From the human T2T-CHM13v2.0 reference genome, Homo sapiens: a stretch of DNA of 64,000 nt. Positions 28,811 to 40,542 of this stretch are shown here, piece after piece. Location of the stretch: the NCBI RefSeq assembly GCF_009914755.1, contig NC_060947.1; one strand, given 5' to 3'. A model generated the notes under the pieces. That model did not search any database. It was not told the origin of the DNA and worked only from the letters and a program-made list of their open reading frames with translations. How positions within the stretch are numbered: the stretch's first letter is position 1; each line of letters starts with the position of its first letter. A program made the position numbers and the translations under genes.

Positions 28811-29555
28811 AGTTGGAGCATGCCTTCTACACTCAGTCTGGCAATTTACAACTTTGCCTATACTTTCCGTCCTGCTTGTACAGAGCATAGAGGTGAACCT
28901 GAGGTGAGAGATTAGGGGCTCTTGGGTAATTTTTTGAGCAGTTCTCGGCCCTAGGCATGCATATGGCCTTTTAGATTCCCAGAAGTATGTGGTAGTTTTT
29001 CAAAGCCTTTATTCCAAAAAGCAAATCACTCTTTTCTTCCCATGCTTTTTGTTTGCCTATTCTTTGCCCCAACTGTTATCCCTTGCCTAGGGTGGCAGTG
29101 ACTAATATATTTGCCTTTAAGTGATTTTTGACACCTGCTCCAGAACTGTTCCCACCCTAGAAGAGCTGTGATTTAGGAAAAATAAAGAGTCCTTTGAGCC
29201 CATCCTTCAGGGAGTCAGCAGACAGGCAAAAACAACTACAATTTCCTGAGAACAACATCTGTTTTGCTCTCTCTGGCATAAGGAATCCAGATGTGGAATG
29301 CAGACTCCCACCCTCAAGGCCACCACCGACTATAAAAGCCAGCGATAGTTAAAATTCCACAAACGTCTTCTACCAAGATTGTGCCACCTTTTCTTGATTA
29401 ACCATTCTCCCTCATTGTTGTAAACCTGTGATTAATTTCCAGAGTTCTAATAAAACTGATTCTGATGATTTCTGCCAATGTATTAGAAGTGTTGTTTAGG
29501 AATAGACTTTTGGAGTTCTCTACTCCACCATTTTCACTGACTTCACTTCAATCCC

Positions 29556-32028
29556 CTATTTTTGACGAGAAACAGCCTTAACTTTTATGATTGTGAAGTG
29601 TTTCACAATGTATATTTTATTTTTCACCACATGTTTGAAATGGCAATGGCAAAAGGCTTGTGTATTGCTGGCTCAAGAAACAAAAAGTGGCTGAATATCA
29701 CTATGTACATAATAGGATTGTAAACAAAAGTGAAGGCTTTTATGATTGATTTTTAGTTTTTTCAGTATTCTTTCTGGTCTCATTGAATTCACACTTTAAA
29801 AGATAAAAGTTGTTTAAGAAATGTGCATTCCCTTCTACAATAATATTTAAATAATAGAGCATTTAAATACATTTTGTCATACAATCATACATTATTTTCT
29901 TCGAGTTATTTTTCCATCAGTGTTACTAGTCTTGGATTAATAAGTCATTTTAAAATTCGACCCAATAAATATAGTGCTATGTGGTTTGCAAAATGTCACA
30001 CAAAATTAGTAATGGCATTCATATTTTAATTTGCATCCATAATCACATAGCTTATGGAATGGTGAACTTCTTAGTTTTCCTTGGAAATCTATGATATACC
30101 TACCAGGAGACCAGAGCCAATTTACATAAATCAAGTAATTTGTCTAGAATACCACTTCTATGTAATTATTTAAAAAAATAAAATCTTTTAAAATATTGAT
30201 TTCAGAAATAGTAATATATAATTTATGATGGCATTTAGCCTTCTGCGTGTACACTAGATAGCAAAATAATAATGCCCATTCTTACAAAGAGTGCATATTG
30301 TGAGTAGTAATGGGAGTCCCATTAGAATTAACATGTAAAATTACTTTCATTGCATGAAAAGCTGCTTGTGAAAACTGAAATTTAGGCCACAAAGCTGAAA
30401 TACTGCATGGATCTAAGCCACCTGCTATCCATGTATATGATACTATTCTTAAAGCAATGTTTGGAAATTTAAGAGTTTGGCATATGAGAATTGTAGGGGT
30501 AGTTCCCATTATAGTAAGATTATTTTTGAATCAAATGTGACTAGTTCATGATGTGGTCCAGTGGTGTATAAAATTTATTTTAGAGAAACAATTTCTTTGG
30601 ACCAATGCATAAAACAGAAGCTAAAATTTCTTCTTTTGACTTCCATTCATGTGACCATACTGATTAAAATTCTTCCAACCCTCAAATTACTAATTTGTTT
30701 TTAGCCTTTGCAGATGGGGAGTTATTCATTTTGCAAATAAGAGTTACTTGTCTTTTGAATTTCATTTTACATAGCATAATTCTATATAGCTGGGAGAACT
30801 TTCTGTAATTAATTGCAGAAAACTAAGGGTAAGTAAATTTCTTAACAAAAATCTTTAAAATGATATAGCACACTGTTCTTTATAAAATGAAAGTATTGTG
30901 CTGAATATAATGTATATATATATAATTTAAGTCAGATCATCCCACACGTATAATCCAAAATGTATTTATGTAGAAGAAAATAATTGTACTTACCTGTCAT
31001 TGAGTTAAATTTTTTATCTGATTATTTAGCTGGAAGTAAAAATCATTAAATGGCTGAGGTAATAAAGAAAATAATGAATCAATGTCTTCTATTTTGTAGT
31101 CTTTGCTAGGATATTGTGAAAATAACAAAAATACCACAAATTAGAATTCCATTAAATTATCTTGCACAGTAATTAACAATGCTCCTAATATACTTTAATA
31201 TAGTGATACTTAATTTGAACAATCAAATAAGATTAAATAACATACATTATCTTTTGAAAATATCTCTATTCCCAGTGTGCAGGACAGCATAAGGCATATT
31301 ATCAATACTCAGTGAATGTATAAGATAGGCAAATCAACAGATTAACAGCATTATATGTTGAATTATAGTTGCTATTTTGTGTTGAATCACATGCTCTTGG
31401 AAACTGGTTATTTTTGCATGAACTTTCTATCAATTCTTCAAACAGAATATTAACTTAATCAGCTCACTGCATTATCCTTCCAAGCCAGATAATAGAAAAA
31501 AATACTACTATGTAGAACAAATGAATACCTTTAACCTTTAAGAACAATAAAGGTCCATAGAATGTGAGAAGTGAAGAGGGACCATAAAGGTACTAACAAG
31601 AAGACACACTTTAAATCCCCTCCTTGCCTTGTTGTATTATCTAAAATAAGGAGTTTCAGGTAATGGCAACAATCCAGTCAAAAAACTCAGGACAAGCATT
31701 TAGAAATTATACTTCTGGACTGTGAGGTCAGTGGTTGGGTTAAAAAATTGATGTTGAATAATCTTTCAATGTGGAGCAAATGTGATGGCTATGTACATAA
31801 ATTCCACTTTTTGTTTTGGTTTATGTAGTCCTGAAATGCCCAGAGATTTTTGCTGATGAATATTATTTTATGTTACTATTTTAAAGTATATTTGTTAAGT
31901 CATAAATTTCATCAGATACCTCATTTTGTTTTACTGCTTTGCAAGAGTTATTATTGTCATAAGAAATAGTGTTTAATTACTAATTATTCTCTAAATTGTT
32001 CAGGCAGTTAAATGGACCTCTGTGACAT
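29556..32028 (-). pseudogene. Fossil multi-exon gene, 3' exon cluster (exons 32028-31920, 31830-31598, 31105-30994, 30620-30286, 30157-30056, 29793-~29556); product unknown
   Basis: AG acceptors with pyrimidine tracts; GT donors (one decayed to AT); exon phases compatible throughout; no frameshifts, only point stops. Confidence 0.75.
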
Positions 32029-33118
32029 CTAAAACACTAAATAATAAGTTAAGACATTAAAGTTCAAAAGGTGCAAGAAATAGGCATGTATATTGCTTTG
32101 TGATGAAAGCTGTCAAAATTCCAAGATTTTTTTGACTACCAAAGTGGAAAGAACAGATAAGAATAACTAAAAACTATGACTCTTCATATTATTGCTGATA
32201 TCTAGGGTAACAATGCTAATCAGAGATTTCCATTTGTCATAATTCTAAAAATTGATGCTGGAGTTTTAATTTCAGGTTATATTCATTTTAGGATTTTTTT
32301 TCAGAATAACTGTTTTGAGTTAACAGTTAATATACTCAATGGAGGGTCTATGATTTCAAATCACTCACATCAAGTCAGTGTTTCAAAACTCTCTGTCTAA
32401 ATCACACGTCTGTGTATTTGTGTGTGTATGTGTTAGTGTGTTTATTAAATAACGAACTCTATATTGCCATCTACTTGCTGTTTAACTTCAAGTAAATTAA
32501 GCTACGTCTCTGAGTCTCGGTTTCCTCATCCATGGATCATAATTACTATCATACTGCTTTTATGATGACTGAATGCAATAATGTAGCAAAGATACTACTA
32601 TCATGATGGCTATGGCTGAGATCATGCCATATGTTCATCCAATCCGTGTTCATTTTCTTTTCCTGAGTACACAGGAGAACTACATCTCTCAGCATTCCAC
32701 AATACTGTGTTATGGACAGAGGAATGCAGGCAGAAGTGTAAAAGTCATATTTGCCACTTCCAAGCCTGTTCAAACACCACATGCAAATACCCAGTTCATT
32801 TTCCCCTCCCATGGTAACAATGAATGGCCAGCATTACCTTTAGTGCAGCTGCAAGTTAGCAGACCCTTCATCAGCCTGGTTCTTTCAGACACTTTTGGAG
32901 CAGTTTTGGTCATAAAATGTGTGCAAAAGTAAACATTTTTAATTCTGATACGATAAGGTCTTGAGTTTTTTAAAATATTGTAGGATGGCTTATCATATCC
33001 TGACTAATACAGTGGACAATATTCAAATATTATTTCCCTTCATTTCCTCTTTTCTTGGATGAGGACATTTAAACCTAATATTTTAATTAGGTTATAAGTA
33101 TTCCTTTAACATAGGCAC

Positions 33119-35480
33119 TGTATTAGTTCATTCTTGCATTACTATAAAGAACTACCTGAGACTGAGTAATTTATGAAGAAAAGAGGTTTAATCGACTCAC
33201 AGTTCCACCGGCTGTACAGGAAACATGGTTGGGAAAGCCTCAGGAAACTTACAATCATGGCAGAAGGGCAAAGAGGAAGCAATCACCTTCAAATGGTGGA
33301 GCAGGAGGAAGAGAGTGAAGGGGGAAGTGCTACATACTTTTAAACAACCAGATCTCATGAAAACTCACTATCATGGGAACAACAAGGGGGAAATCCACCC
33401 CTATGATCCAATTACCTCCCACCAGGTCCCTCCCACAATATTGGGGATTACAATTCAAAATGAGATTTGAGTGGAGACACATAGTCTAACCGTATCATTC
33501 CACCCCGGCCCCTCTTAAATCTCATGTCCTTCTCACAATTCAAAAACCAACCATGCCTTTCCAACAGTCCCCCAAAGTCTTAACTCATTCCAGCATTAAC
33601 ACAAAAGTCCAAGTCCAAAGTGTCATCTCAGACAAGGCAAGTACCTTCTGCCTATGAGCCTATAAAATAAAAAACAAGTTTTTTGTTGGTAAAAGCTCCC
33701 ATTCCAAAAGGGAGAAATTGGCCAAAACCAAGGAGCTACAGGCCCCACGCAAGGCCAAAACCCAGCAGGGCAGTCATTAAATCATAAAGCTCCTAAGTGA
33801 TCTCTTTTGACTCCATGTCTCATATCCAGGGCACGCTGATGCAAGGGGTGGGCTCCCAAGGCCTTGGGCAGCTCCACTTCTGTGGCTTTGCAGGGTATAG
33901 CCCCCACAGCTGCTTTCAAGGGCCGGGATAGAGAGCCTGCAGCTTTTCCAGGTGCGCAGTGCAAGCTGTCAGTGGATCTACCATTCTGGGTTTTGGAGGA
34001 TGGTAGCCCTCTTCTCACAGCTCCACTAGGCAGTACCCCAATGGGGACTCTGTATGGGGGCTCCAACCACACATTTTCCCTCCACATTGCCCTAGGGGAG
34101 GTTCTCCATGAGAGCTCTGCTTCTGCAGCAGACTTCTGAGTGGATATCCAGGAATTTCCATACATCCTCCGAAATCTAGCCAGAGGCTCCCAAGCCTCAA
34201 GTCTTGTCTTCTGTGAATCTGCAGGCCCAACACCATATAGGAGTTGCTAAGGCTTGGGGCTTGCACCTCTGAAGCAACAGCCCAAGCTGTACCTTGGCCC
34301 CCTTTAGCTACAGCTGGGGCTTGAGTGGCTGGGATGCAGGTGCCATGTCCTGAGACTGCACAGAGCAGCAGGACCCTGGTGCTGGTCCACAAAAACATTT
34401 TTCTCCCTTAGGCCTCCAGGCCTGTGACAGGAGGGGCTGCTGCAAATGTCTCTGAAAAGCCCCAGAGGCATTTTCCCCATTGTCTTGGCTATTAACATTT
34501 GGCTTCTCTTTACTTATGCAAATTTCTGCAGCCTTGAATTCTTCCTCAGAAAATAGATTTTTCTTTTCTACTGCATGGTCTGGCAGCAAATTTTCCAAAC
34601 TTTTATGCTCTGCTTCCCTTTTAAATATAAGTTCTAGTTTCAGGTCATTTTTTGTTTATGCAAATTAGTATAGGCTTTTTAGAAGCAGCCAGGTTACCTC
34701 TTCAGGGCTTTACTCTTTGAAATTTCTTCTGCCAGCTACCCTAACTCATTTCTTTCAAGTTCAAAGTTTCACAGATCTCTAGAGCAGGGGCACAATGCCA
34801 CCAGTCTCTTTGATAAAGCATAGTAAGAGTGACCTTTTGCTCCAGTTCCCAATAAATTCCTCATTTCCATCTGAGAGCACCTAAGCCTAGACTTCATTGT
34901 CCATATCACTATCTGTCTTTTGGTCACAACCATTCAATAGGTCTCTAGAAAGATCCAAAGTTGCCCACATCTTCTTGTCTTCTTCTGAGCCCTCCAGACT
35001 ATTCCAACCTCTGCCTGGTACCCAGTTCCAAAGCTACTTCCACATTTTCAGGTATCTTTTATAGCAATGCCCCATTTCTCTTGTACCAATTTTCTGTATT
35101 AGTTCATTCTCATACTGTTATAACAAACTATGTGAGACTGGGTAATTTATGGAAAAACGAGGTTTAATCAACTCACAGTTCCACCGGTTGTACAGAAAGC
35201 ATAGTTGAGGAGGTCTCAGGAAACTTACAATCATGGCAAAAGGGCAAAGGGGAAGCAAGCACCTTCTTCACATGGTGGAGCGGGAGGAAGAGAGTGAAGG
35301 GAGAAGCGATACATGCTTTTAAACAACCAGATCTCATGAGAACTCACTCACTATCATGAAAACAGCAAAAAGGAAGCCTACACCCATGAGCAAATCAACC
35401 CCCACCAGGTCCCTCTTCCAACATTGAGGATTACAATTCAACATGAGATTTGAATGGGAACTCGGAGCTAAACCATATCA
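33119..35480 (-). mobile_element. MSTA-type MaLR element with two LTRs (33119-33497, 35095-35480) and internal region
   Basis: Similar paired LTRs; TSD ggcac/ggctc; MST-int sequence. Confidence 0.9.
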
Positions 35481-36320
35481 GGCTCCCTTTTAAAAATGCT
35501 ATTATTACATAACTAAAATATGCAAGAATATATAAAGAATAATATAGTGAATAACACATACGTTAAAAATAAACATTGATTTTTGGTATGAATATGTTTG
35601 ATTAAGACAGCACTCCCATTCTCCTTTGGGAAACCATCCAGCAGGAGAAAAGCAAAACAGAAAACATAAATTCTATTTTCTACAAAACTCGGAAGCAAAC
35701 TTCAAGATATTTTTGTGAGATGCTAAAACTGGAAATCAGGGGAGAAGAAAAGGAGAGAAGTCAAGGATAGATCTAAGTATTAAAACCCCAGCTGCAACAC
35801 ATCTCAGAAGGTGCCAACAAACTCATACATCCTTAAGTATACTCCCTGAAGGCATGGAACATTCCCTGGGGGGCAAAATCAATATTATCTATTTGAAAAA
35901 CAGTGTGTGGAAATACGTGTTTGAGGGCAAGGGGAAGGCAGTATGTACATGTGTTGTCTGTGTATGAGCTGGGTGGCAGCATAATAATGCACATGTGTGT
36001 GCATGCTCACCCTCAACAACACACACACACCTATTACCGCACCTCCCTTCCAACACACACATAGTCAATCCAGTCTGCTTTAGAGCAACAGATGCAATGG
36101 AGTCTATGAGGAGTGTTCAGAGAAGTCTTGATAGAAACTAGAAAGAAGAAGGCCTTTCTGTTGTAAAACAGTTACTAAGGAACCTCTCTACCTTGGCATT
36201 CCAAAATACAGAAACCTCTTGCAAATACCCAGTTCATGAAAATCGCATTTTTCAAAAAGTTACCATTAAAAGAAAACAAATGCAACAGATGTATAAAGAC
36301 ACAATTAAACTATAAAATCA

Positions 36321-36631
<311 letters not shown>

Positions 36632-37399
36632 TAGAATCAGGAGTATCAACATTCATTAACTTATAAAAGAACTCACTAGACATGTGTTGCCATAGAGCAG
36701 AAATTAAGTGTGATCGAATATTTTGTAGTGAATGTTTAAGAAAATTCTGCTTTCTGACAGAAGACCCAAGGCAGAAATACAAGAACTCAGGGAAGAGGTG
36801 ACCTGATGACAGTATGAAATAGTGAAGATAGCAGAACTGAGAAAAGTATCAGTAGAGTAAATGAAACCATCACAGAAAAGAAGATGCAATTTATTATGTA
36901 CCCAATAGAAAGCTCAAGAAGCACAAAAAAGGAACACTGAGGATATGAATGATAAAAGAGAACATTATAAAATGCCAACCTAAGCCAGGTACAAAAGTGT
37001 CTCACATAGCTGAACAACTAGTTCATTTTCTCAATGAGTGGTTTTAAGCAACCAAAAAGGGAATACAACATTAAAATACACAAGTTGATACTTTGAAGGT
37101 TATTATGTATCTAATAACAAACTAGAATAAGTTGAAAACTTATTAGCTTGTTGTTACTGATATTCAAATACCCCTGGACTTTTGTATTTTTATTTTATTA
37201 TATATATATTATGTGGAGGTAGATACAAAATTTTAAATAAATATTTTTTAAAATTATAGATGCTTTATTTTTAGTGCAGCTTTTTTTTTACATTTCCTCT
37301 TTTGTTTGGCCCTCCTTTTCCTTTTTACTTCTCTCTCCCCTTAAATCAGTATATAACCCCTTCTTTGCCTTCAATATGATTAATATATAGAGGAATATA

Positions 37400-38500
37400 A
37401 GTATGTCTTGTATAAACAGATATACATAGCTATGTATATAAGAATGATTCATTTTTGGTACTGCTGATTTTATAACAATGATATCACACTGTACACATGT
37501 GTCAACAACTTGCTTTTCTCACTCAATAATAACTCACGGAAAGCATCCAACCCCATTAAGTTCTAATTCATTATTTTAAGTAGCAATATAATGACTGATG
37601 ATATGGATGTGCCATGATTAATCTTAATATTTTCCTAATGACAACAGATTTACTTTTTTCTAGTTTTTTTTTTTTGCCAAAAGAATTGCAGCAGTAAATA
37701 ATTCCATGCATTTGTCCTTATGTGCTTTTATTTCTATGGGATGGATTTCTAGGAGGGGGCACACATATTTTCAGTTTTAATATACGTTGGCTTTCAAAAA
37801 GGCTTTAATGCATCACAGTTTTACTAATTATGAAAGTACCTCTTTCCTCAGTCACCATCAACAGTAGAAATTTTAGCCCTTTTTAATTTTAGCCATTCTA
37901 ATAGGTAGAATGGTATTTTATTGTTACTCTAATTGGCATTTTCCTAACTACCGGGAAATTTGAGGATTGTTTCATATGTCTGTTGACTTTTTGGAATTGC
38001 ATCTCTGTGAAATGTCTATCTACATTATTTTCTAGTGGATCACGTTTTTCTTTTCTTGTCCGTTTGTTAGAGCATTTAATATTTTATAGAAATTAACTAG
38101 TTGTTAATTGTGTTACATTGTGTTTTTGTTCTAATACTTGTGAATTAGCTTGGTTGATGATATCTTTTGTCATACTTGATTTTTTAAAAATACTTTTATC
38201 TTTTCTTTTATAGAGTTTTGTCTTTCAGTCATGATTAAAGTTAATTAAAGTCTTCTCTGCCATTGCTTTCGTAAGAGGATTTCAAGATGGTTTGAAGATT
38301 TTTCTTGTTTTATTTTTACATTTAAATTTATCACCCATCTGGAATCAATGTTAATTTATGATTTGCAAAGGAAGCCTGCTTTTATTTTCTTTCAGATATA
38401 TTTTAGATTATGTCCCCACTATTCTTATCAATTTTACCACTGAATTGAACTACTAGTTTTGTTATATATCGTGTTCTTAAATAACACTACATTTCTATAT
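37400..38500 (-). mobile_element. Highly diverged L1ME-type fragment
   Basis: Antisense L1 ORF2/3'UTR-like motifs (ttttagccattctaataggt..., tgtttcatatgtctgttgac). Confidence 0.55.
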
Positions 38501-38569
38501 TCTCTATTTCCTTTTCCTGCTGTCTTTTTCTACATTGTGAAAAACATAATCTTATAAGTGCTTAATACC

Positions 38570-40542
38570 TACCCCATTCCTGTTAAGAGATACTCAACTG
38601 TTACAATCAGAGAAGGACCTGAAGCTCAAGAAGAAAAGTTTGCTCCAAATACAGTAGAAGGTTATGCAAATTGACAATAGTGATATTTGTTGGGCAGTGG
38701 TGTAGTGGTGGCTATGTAACCTGGGTCTGGTCAAATAGCCTAAATAGAGGTCTTCTATATGGCACTTATGGAAAAATCCTATTTTTTCTGAGATTAAAAA
38801 AGAGAGACTCAGCTGGCTGGGTATTTTTGGATATTTGACTCTATAAAGCGATGCCAAACTGGCTTGAAATAATTGACTTTATATAATGCCCTTGCTGAGA
38901 TCAGCTTGGTTGGGGAGACCCTAACCCAGCAGTGCTAGAGGAATTAAACACACACACACAGAAATATAGAGGTGTGGAGTGGGAAATCAGGGGTCTTACA
39001 GCCTTCAGAGCTGAGAGCCCTGAACAGAGATTTACCCACATATTTATTAACAGCAAGCCAGTCATTAGCACTGTTTCTATAGATATTAGATTAACTAAAG
39101 ATATCCCTTATGGGAAACGAAGGGATGGGTCAAAATAAAGGGATGGGTTTGGCTAGTTATCTGCAGCAGGAACATGTCCTTAAGGCCCAGATTGCTAATG
39201 CTATTGTTTGTGGTTTAAGGACGCCTTTAAGCGGTTTTCCACCCTGGGTGGGCCAGGTGTTCCTTGCCCTCATTCCAGCAAACCCACAACCTTCCAGTGT
39301 GGGCGTTATGGCCATCATGAACATGTTACAGTGCTGCAGAGATTTTGTTTATGGCCAGTTTTGGGGCCAGTTTATGGCCAGATTTTGGGGGGCCTGTTCC
39401 CAACAAGTCCTAATATCTGTAATGACAAGTTTTTCCTCATGATTGTTCTTTACCCTTGTTTTCATGTTTATTCTGCAACATTTATTCTTCTATATAAATG
39501 TATGATCATGTACCCTTGTCCCTGGTTCTCCAGATGTACATCCAAACCAAAGGATCTGGAATGAAGGTAAAAAACTAGATCAGCTTTCTTGTCTTCTTGG
39601 TTTGAGCCCCAGTAGAGCCTAGGTTTTATTTATTCTTAGTAGCCTGTAAATTCTATCACCCAGTGACAGGCAATAGAGGTGAAGGAGATAAAATCTGATG
39701 TTTCAGGTTCTAGGAAGCTCTTTTAGATGCCTCCTTCGTAAATCTCTTATTATATGTCTATAGCACTTATCTGATTTTCAGTTCATCAATTACTTAATAT
39801 ATCTCATTCTCCTAAGAAAAATGCCTAGTTTCATGTGTGATATTAGTAGCATAAGTTATATTTCATTATTCCAAAATACCTGTTGAATACCCTACCCCCT
39901 GCAAAAAAAAAAAAAATCCATAAACCAGTTAAGGAGAATTTAGTTTGAGATCTACTGGTATTAAGATTATTTAACATCCTAATAGCAATAGGAGCTATTA
40001 AGAGAAGTTGGGGAGGTTCCTCCAAATCCAAACAGCAAGGTCAACCAGTCCCTTCATTTTTCTATATATGTTCTTTCTACTTTTAGTTCCTTGTATTTAC
40101 ACATGCCCACTTTTCTTAAACCAGTCATCCCCCAGTGCATTGTTTAAAATATGCTGAGTGTATTTTATTGGTAAATATTTTCTTCTTCCAGGTCATGGTA
40201 AAAACTGTCACAGCAAAATCACTTTACATTTGTTATAACTAATTGTTCATTCGATATGTTATGGCCTCCTACAAAGAAGCATTTTATAGTAAGTGTTTTT
40301 CATATATAAAATCAATTCCAATCCCTAAGAAAACTAAGTCTATACTCAAATTCAAGTTTACTTATCTTAAACAGGAAATAATGCAGCAATTTATATTTGT
40401 ATTTTATTAGCTACTGAATATTTCTCCAGCATGTACCTGGAACTCTTAATGTCTTCTATATTCATAGTCAGTAATAGTTCAATAATATTTTATTCAAATG
40501 TTATGTAATTACAATTCATTTTAATTTTTCTTTTAAAATAGC
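38570..40542 (-). pseudogene. Fossil gene, middle exon cluster (40542-40366; 40268-~39927; ~39811-39453; ~38860-38570)
   Basis: 40542-40366 is 177 nt, phase 1 to phase 1, and joins the 40268 acceptor in frame; the other exons have acceptor/donor-like ends and long protein-like frames but are more decayed. Confidence 0.55.
38893..39405 (-). mobile_element. MER9 solo LTR (HERV-K HML-3)
   Basis: Minus strand starts tgttgggaacaggccccc; ~510 bp; degenerate 6-bp TSD tgccct/agtcct. Confidence 0.88.

Larger units (their letters stand above)
25030..29550 (-). mobile_element. Old L1M fragments hosting a THE1 element
   Basis: Antisense L1 ORF2, ORF1 and 5'UTR-like motifs; host is continuous across the THE1 TSD. 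Confidence 0.65.

Noticed and set aside
30510-30600. Faint resemblance of FKNNLTIM to TMEM131 (VRNNLTVM)
   Set aside because: Needs mixed frames and does not extend to flanking sequence; not used to name the fossil gene
31598-31640. Stand-alone 43-nt exon using the AG at 31641
   Set aside because: The longer exon 31830-31598 fits both neighbouring phases without a frameshift and is the more parsimonious model
32180-32245. Possible additional minus-strand exon (NYDKWKSLISIVTLDISNNMK)
   Set aside because: No convincing donor site; left out of the gene model
33782-34668. Cluster of 60-127-aa ORFs
   Set aside because: MST-internal sequence
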